This document shows, in pieces, positions 22,730 to 24,000 of a stretch of 24,000 nt of DNA. Position numbers and translations under genes: made by a program. The stretch's first letter is position 1, and each line of letters opens with the position of its first letter. The stretch is taken from NCBI GenBank assembly GCA_007361935.1, contig CP041667.1:1350893-1374892 (forward strand), read 5' to 3'. Under the pieces are notes generated by a model that saw only the letters and a program-made list of their open reading frames with translations, ran no database searches and was not told the DNA's origin. This stretch comes from Lachnospiraceae bacterium KGMB03038. GTDB taxonomy: Bacteria; Bacillota; Clostridia; Lachnospirales; Lachnospiraceae.

Positions 22730-24000
22730 ATGTTTTGTGGGAATTGTGGACATAAGCTGCAGGATGACTCGATCTTTTGTCCCAATTGCGGGGCAAGGGT
22801 AGACGGGGAGGAAACGCCCGTCGGCGCGGGCCAGCCGGAAAAGGCTGTTTTGCCGAAGGCGGAGAGGAAACCGGCGGCAAAGAACAAGAATAAGAAACAT
22901 TCGAAAAAGCCGGTGATCGCAGCAGTGATCGCAGCGGCGCTTCTGGTGCTTGCGCTGGGAGGAGGAACGGTTTACGCAACGGCAGGACTGAGTATGCAAA
23001 AAGACCGGGCGCTGGACAAGATTAAGGACTGTGGATTCCCGGAATATGAAGAAGAGGCCAAAAGCGCGGCCGAGCAGTGGGATGGTTTGGGAATCTTGGA
23101 TATAGGAGAGAAACAGGATGTGATCCAGGAGTTAAAGTCTGTGCAAAAAGATCTGGACAGCTTTATTGAAGACCAGATCAAATTCTACGAAAGTGTGGAC
23201 ATGTCTGAGGCGGAAGAAGCGGAAGTTTCGTCTTATGAATCAGAGATGAAGACCATCGGGCAGCTGACCAAGAGCGATGACCGGGACTATGGGGCGATCA
23301 AAGAGGCGTTTGATAAAGTGGATGACGCCGTCTACATGTACATAGAATCGGAAAATGAATTGAACGTGGAGGTACAGCAGGTGGACGCTTCCGAATTTCC
23401 GAAGGTCCGACTGTATGTGAACGTGGAAGATCCTTCTACGGGAGAAGTGCCGGAGAATCTGGACGAAGCAATGTTCTATATCCGAAAGGAAGACGCCAAC
23501 GCGAAATTTGTCAGACAGACGGTGACAGAAGTGAACCAGCTGAACGAGGCGGAAGCCTTGAAGGTGGATATGGTGGCAGATGTGAGCGGAAGCATGAGCG
23601 GAAGCCCGCTGGACGAAGCGAAATCCATTATGAATAATTTTATTAATAGTGTGCAGTTTGATGCGGGAGACTTGGTAGAACTGACTTCCTTTGCCACGGG
23701 AGTCCGCCTGGAACAGGAATTCTGCGATGACCCCGCCCTTTTGACCCAGAAGGTGAACCAACTGGATACAGGAGATATGACCAGTCTGTACGATGCTCTT
23801 TACACAGCGGTAGAACGGGTGGCGGCCCAGACAGGAGCCAGATGTGTGATCGCCTTTACCGATGGAAACGACAACTACAGCAACTGTACTCAGGAAGACG
23901 TGATCCAGGTAGCCAACCGCTATCATGTGCCGGTGTTTATCATTGGTATCGGGTCCATTGATGCCTCTGAGATCAATTATATCGCGGAGCAGACGGGAGG
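22730..24000 (+). CDS. Zinc-ribbon / single-TM / extracytoplasmic VWA-domain protein, 3' end beyond window (absent from the ORF track)
   Basis: My own translation from the ATG at 22730 (GGAGGA 7 nt upstream) has no stop to the window end: MFCGNCGHKLQDDSIFCPNCGARVDGEE..., a Lys-rich tail, TM PVIAAVIAAALLVLALGGGTVYA, and VWA MIDAS VDMVADVSGSMSGSPL (DVSGS at 23579-23593), TSLYDAL, AFTDGNDN. 423 codons are visible. Confidence 0.8.
   Translation, partial: MFCGNCGHKLQDDSIFCPNCGARVDGEETPVGAGQPEKAVLPKAERKPAAKNKNKKHSKKPVIAAVIAAALLVLALGGGTVYATAGLSMQKDRALDKIKDCGFPEYEEEAKSAAEQWDGLGILDIGEKQDVIQELKSVQKDLDSFIEDQIKFYESVDMSEAEEAEVSSYESEMKTIGQLTKSDDRDYGAIKEAFDKVDDAVYMYIESENELNVEVQQVDASEFPKVRLYVNVEDPSTGEVPENLDEAMFYIRKEDANAKFVRQTVTEVNQLNEAEALKVDMVADVSGSMSGSPLDEAKSIMNNFINSVQFDAGDLVELTSFATGVRLEQEFCDDPALLTQKVNQLDTGDMTSLYDALYTAVERVAAQTGARCVIAFTDGNDNYSNCTQEDVIQVANRYHVPVFIIGIGSIDASEINYIAEQTG

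Noticed and set aside
21445-22887. 480-aa ORF on the minus strand
   Set aside because: It is antisense to the Amidase_3 gene and to the start of the zinc-ribbon VWA gene. The composition is skewed to S/R/P/L/F with no motifs. The + strand genes have RBSs and catalytic motifs.
23240-23926. 228-aa minus-strand ORF, the only sizeable track entry in the last 800 nt (with 22565..22999, 22518..22979 and 22972..23181 just upstream)
   Set aside because: All are antisense to the unlisted + strand ORF from 22730, which has an RBS, a zinc ribbon, a TM and a complete VWA MIDAS. The minus-strand products have no recognisable features.
1-24000. Search for a CRISPR array, tRNA/rRNA, IS elements, integrases, toxin-antitoxin pairs, or known defence genes
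   Set aside because: All intergenic regions are under about 190 nt and are explained by promoters and terminators. I found no spaced direct-repeat array, no transposase/integrase/recombinase-like ORF, and no small paired ORFs typical of toxin-antitoxin systems.

Overview
All calls come from reading the sequence and ORF translations by eye; no searches were run. The window looks like ordinary chromosomal DNA from a Gram-positive anaerobe (Clostridia or Lachnospiraceae-like: GGAGG-type ribosome-binding sites (RBS), SpoIID/LytB protein, lipoprotein TRAP binding protein, 18 of 21 genes on the + strand). I saw no rRNA, tRNA, CRISPR array, transposase, integrase or phage genes. I support 21 protein-coding genes in four blocks. 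(1) 1-4104: a tightly packed, more AT-rich four-gene amidohydrolase/racemase/peptidase operon that enters from upstream. (2) 4205-6206: two tandem paralogous membrane-anchored surface proteins. (3) 6273-16050: a 2-enoate-reductase-type flavoenzyme, two convergent paralogous LysR regulators, and a quinate/shikimate module (ydiB, MFS transporter, aroD, TRAP dctQMP). (4) 16211 to beyond 24000: a co-directional six-gene unit. In it a LytB/SpoIID-like protein and an Amidase_3 autolysin are separated by a cytoplasmic LRR protein, a peptidase-like VWA protein and an AAA+ (MoxR-type) ATPase. It ends with a zinc-ribbon/TM/VWA protein that the ORF track does not list because it runs off the window. Block 4 is my best candidate for an undescribed system. 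Also notable: a 16-nt element (15 of 16 identical) shared by the two LysR-controlled divergent promoter regions, and a compositional step near 4.1-4.2 kb.
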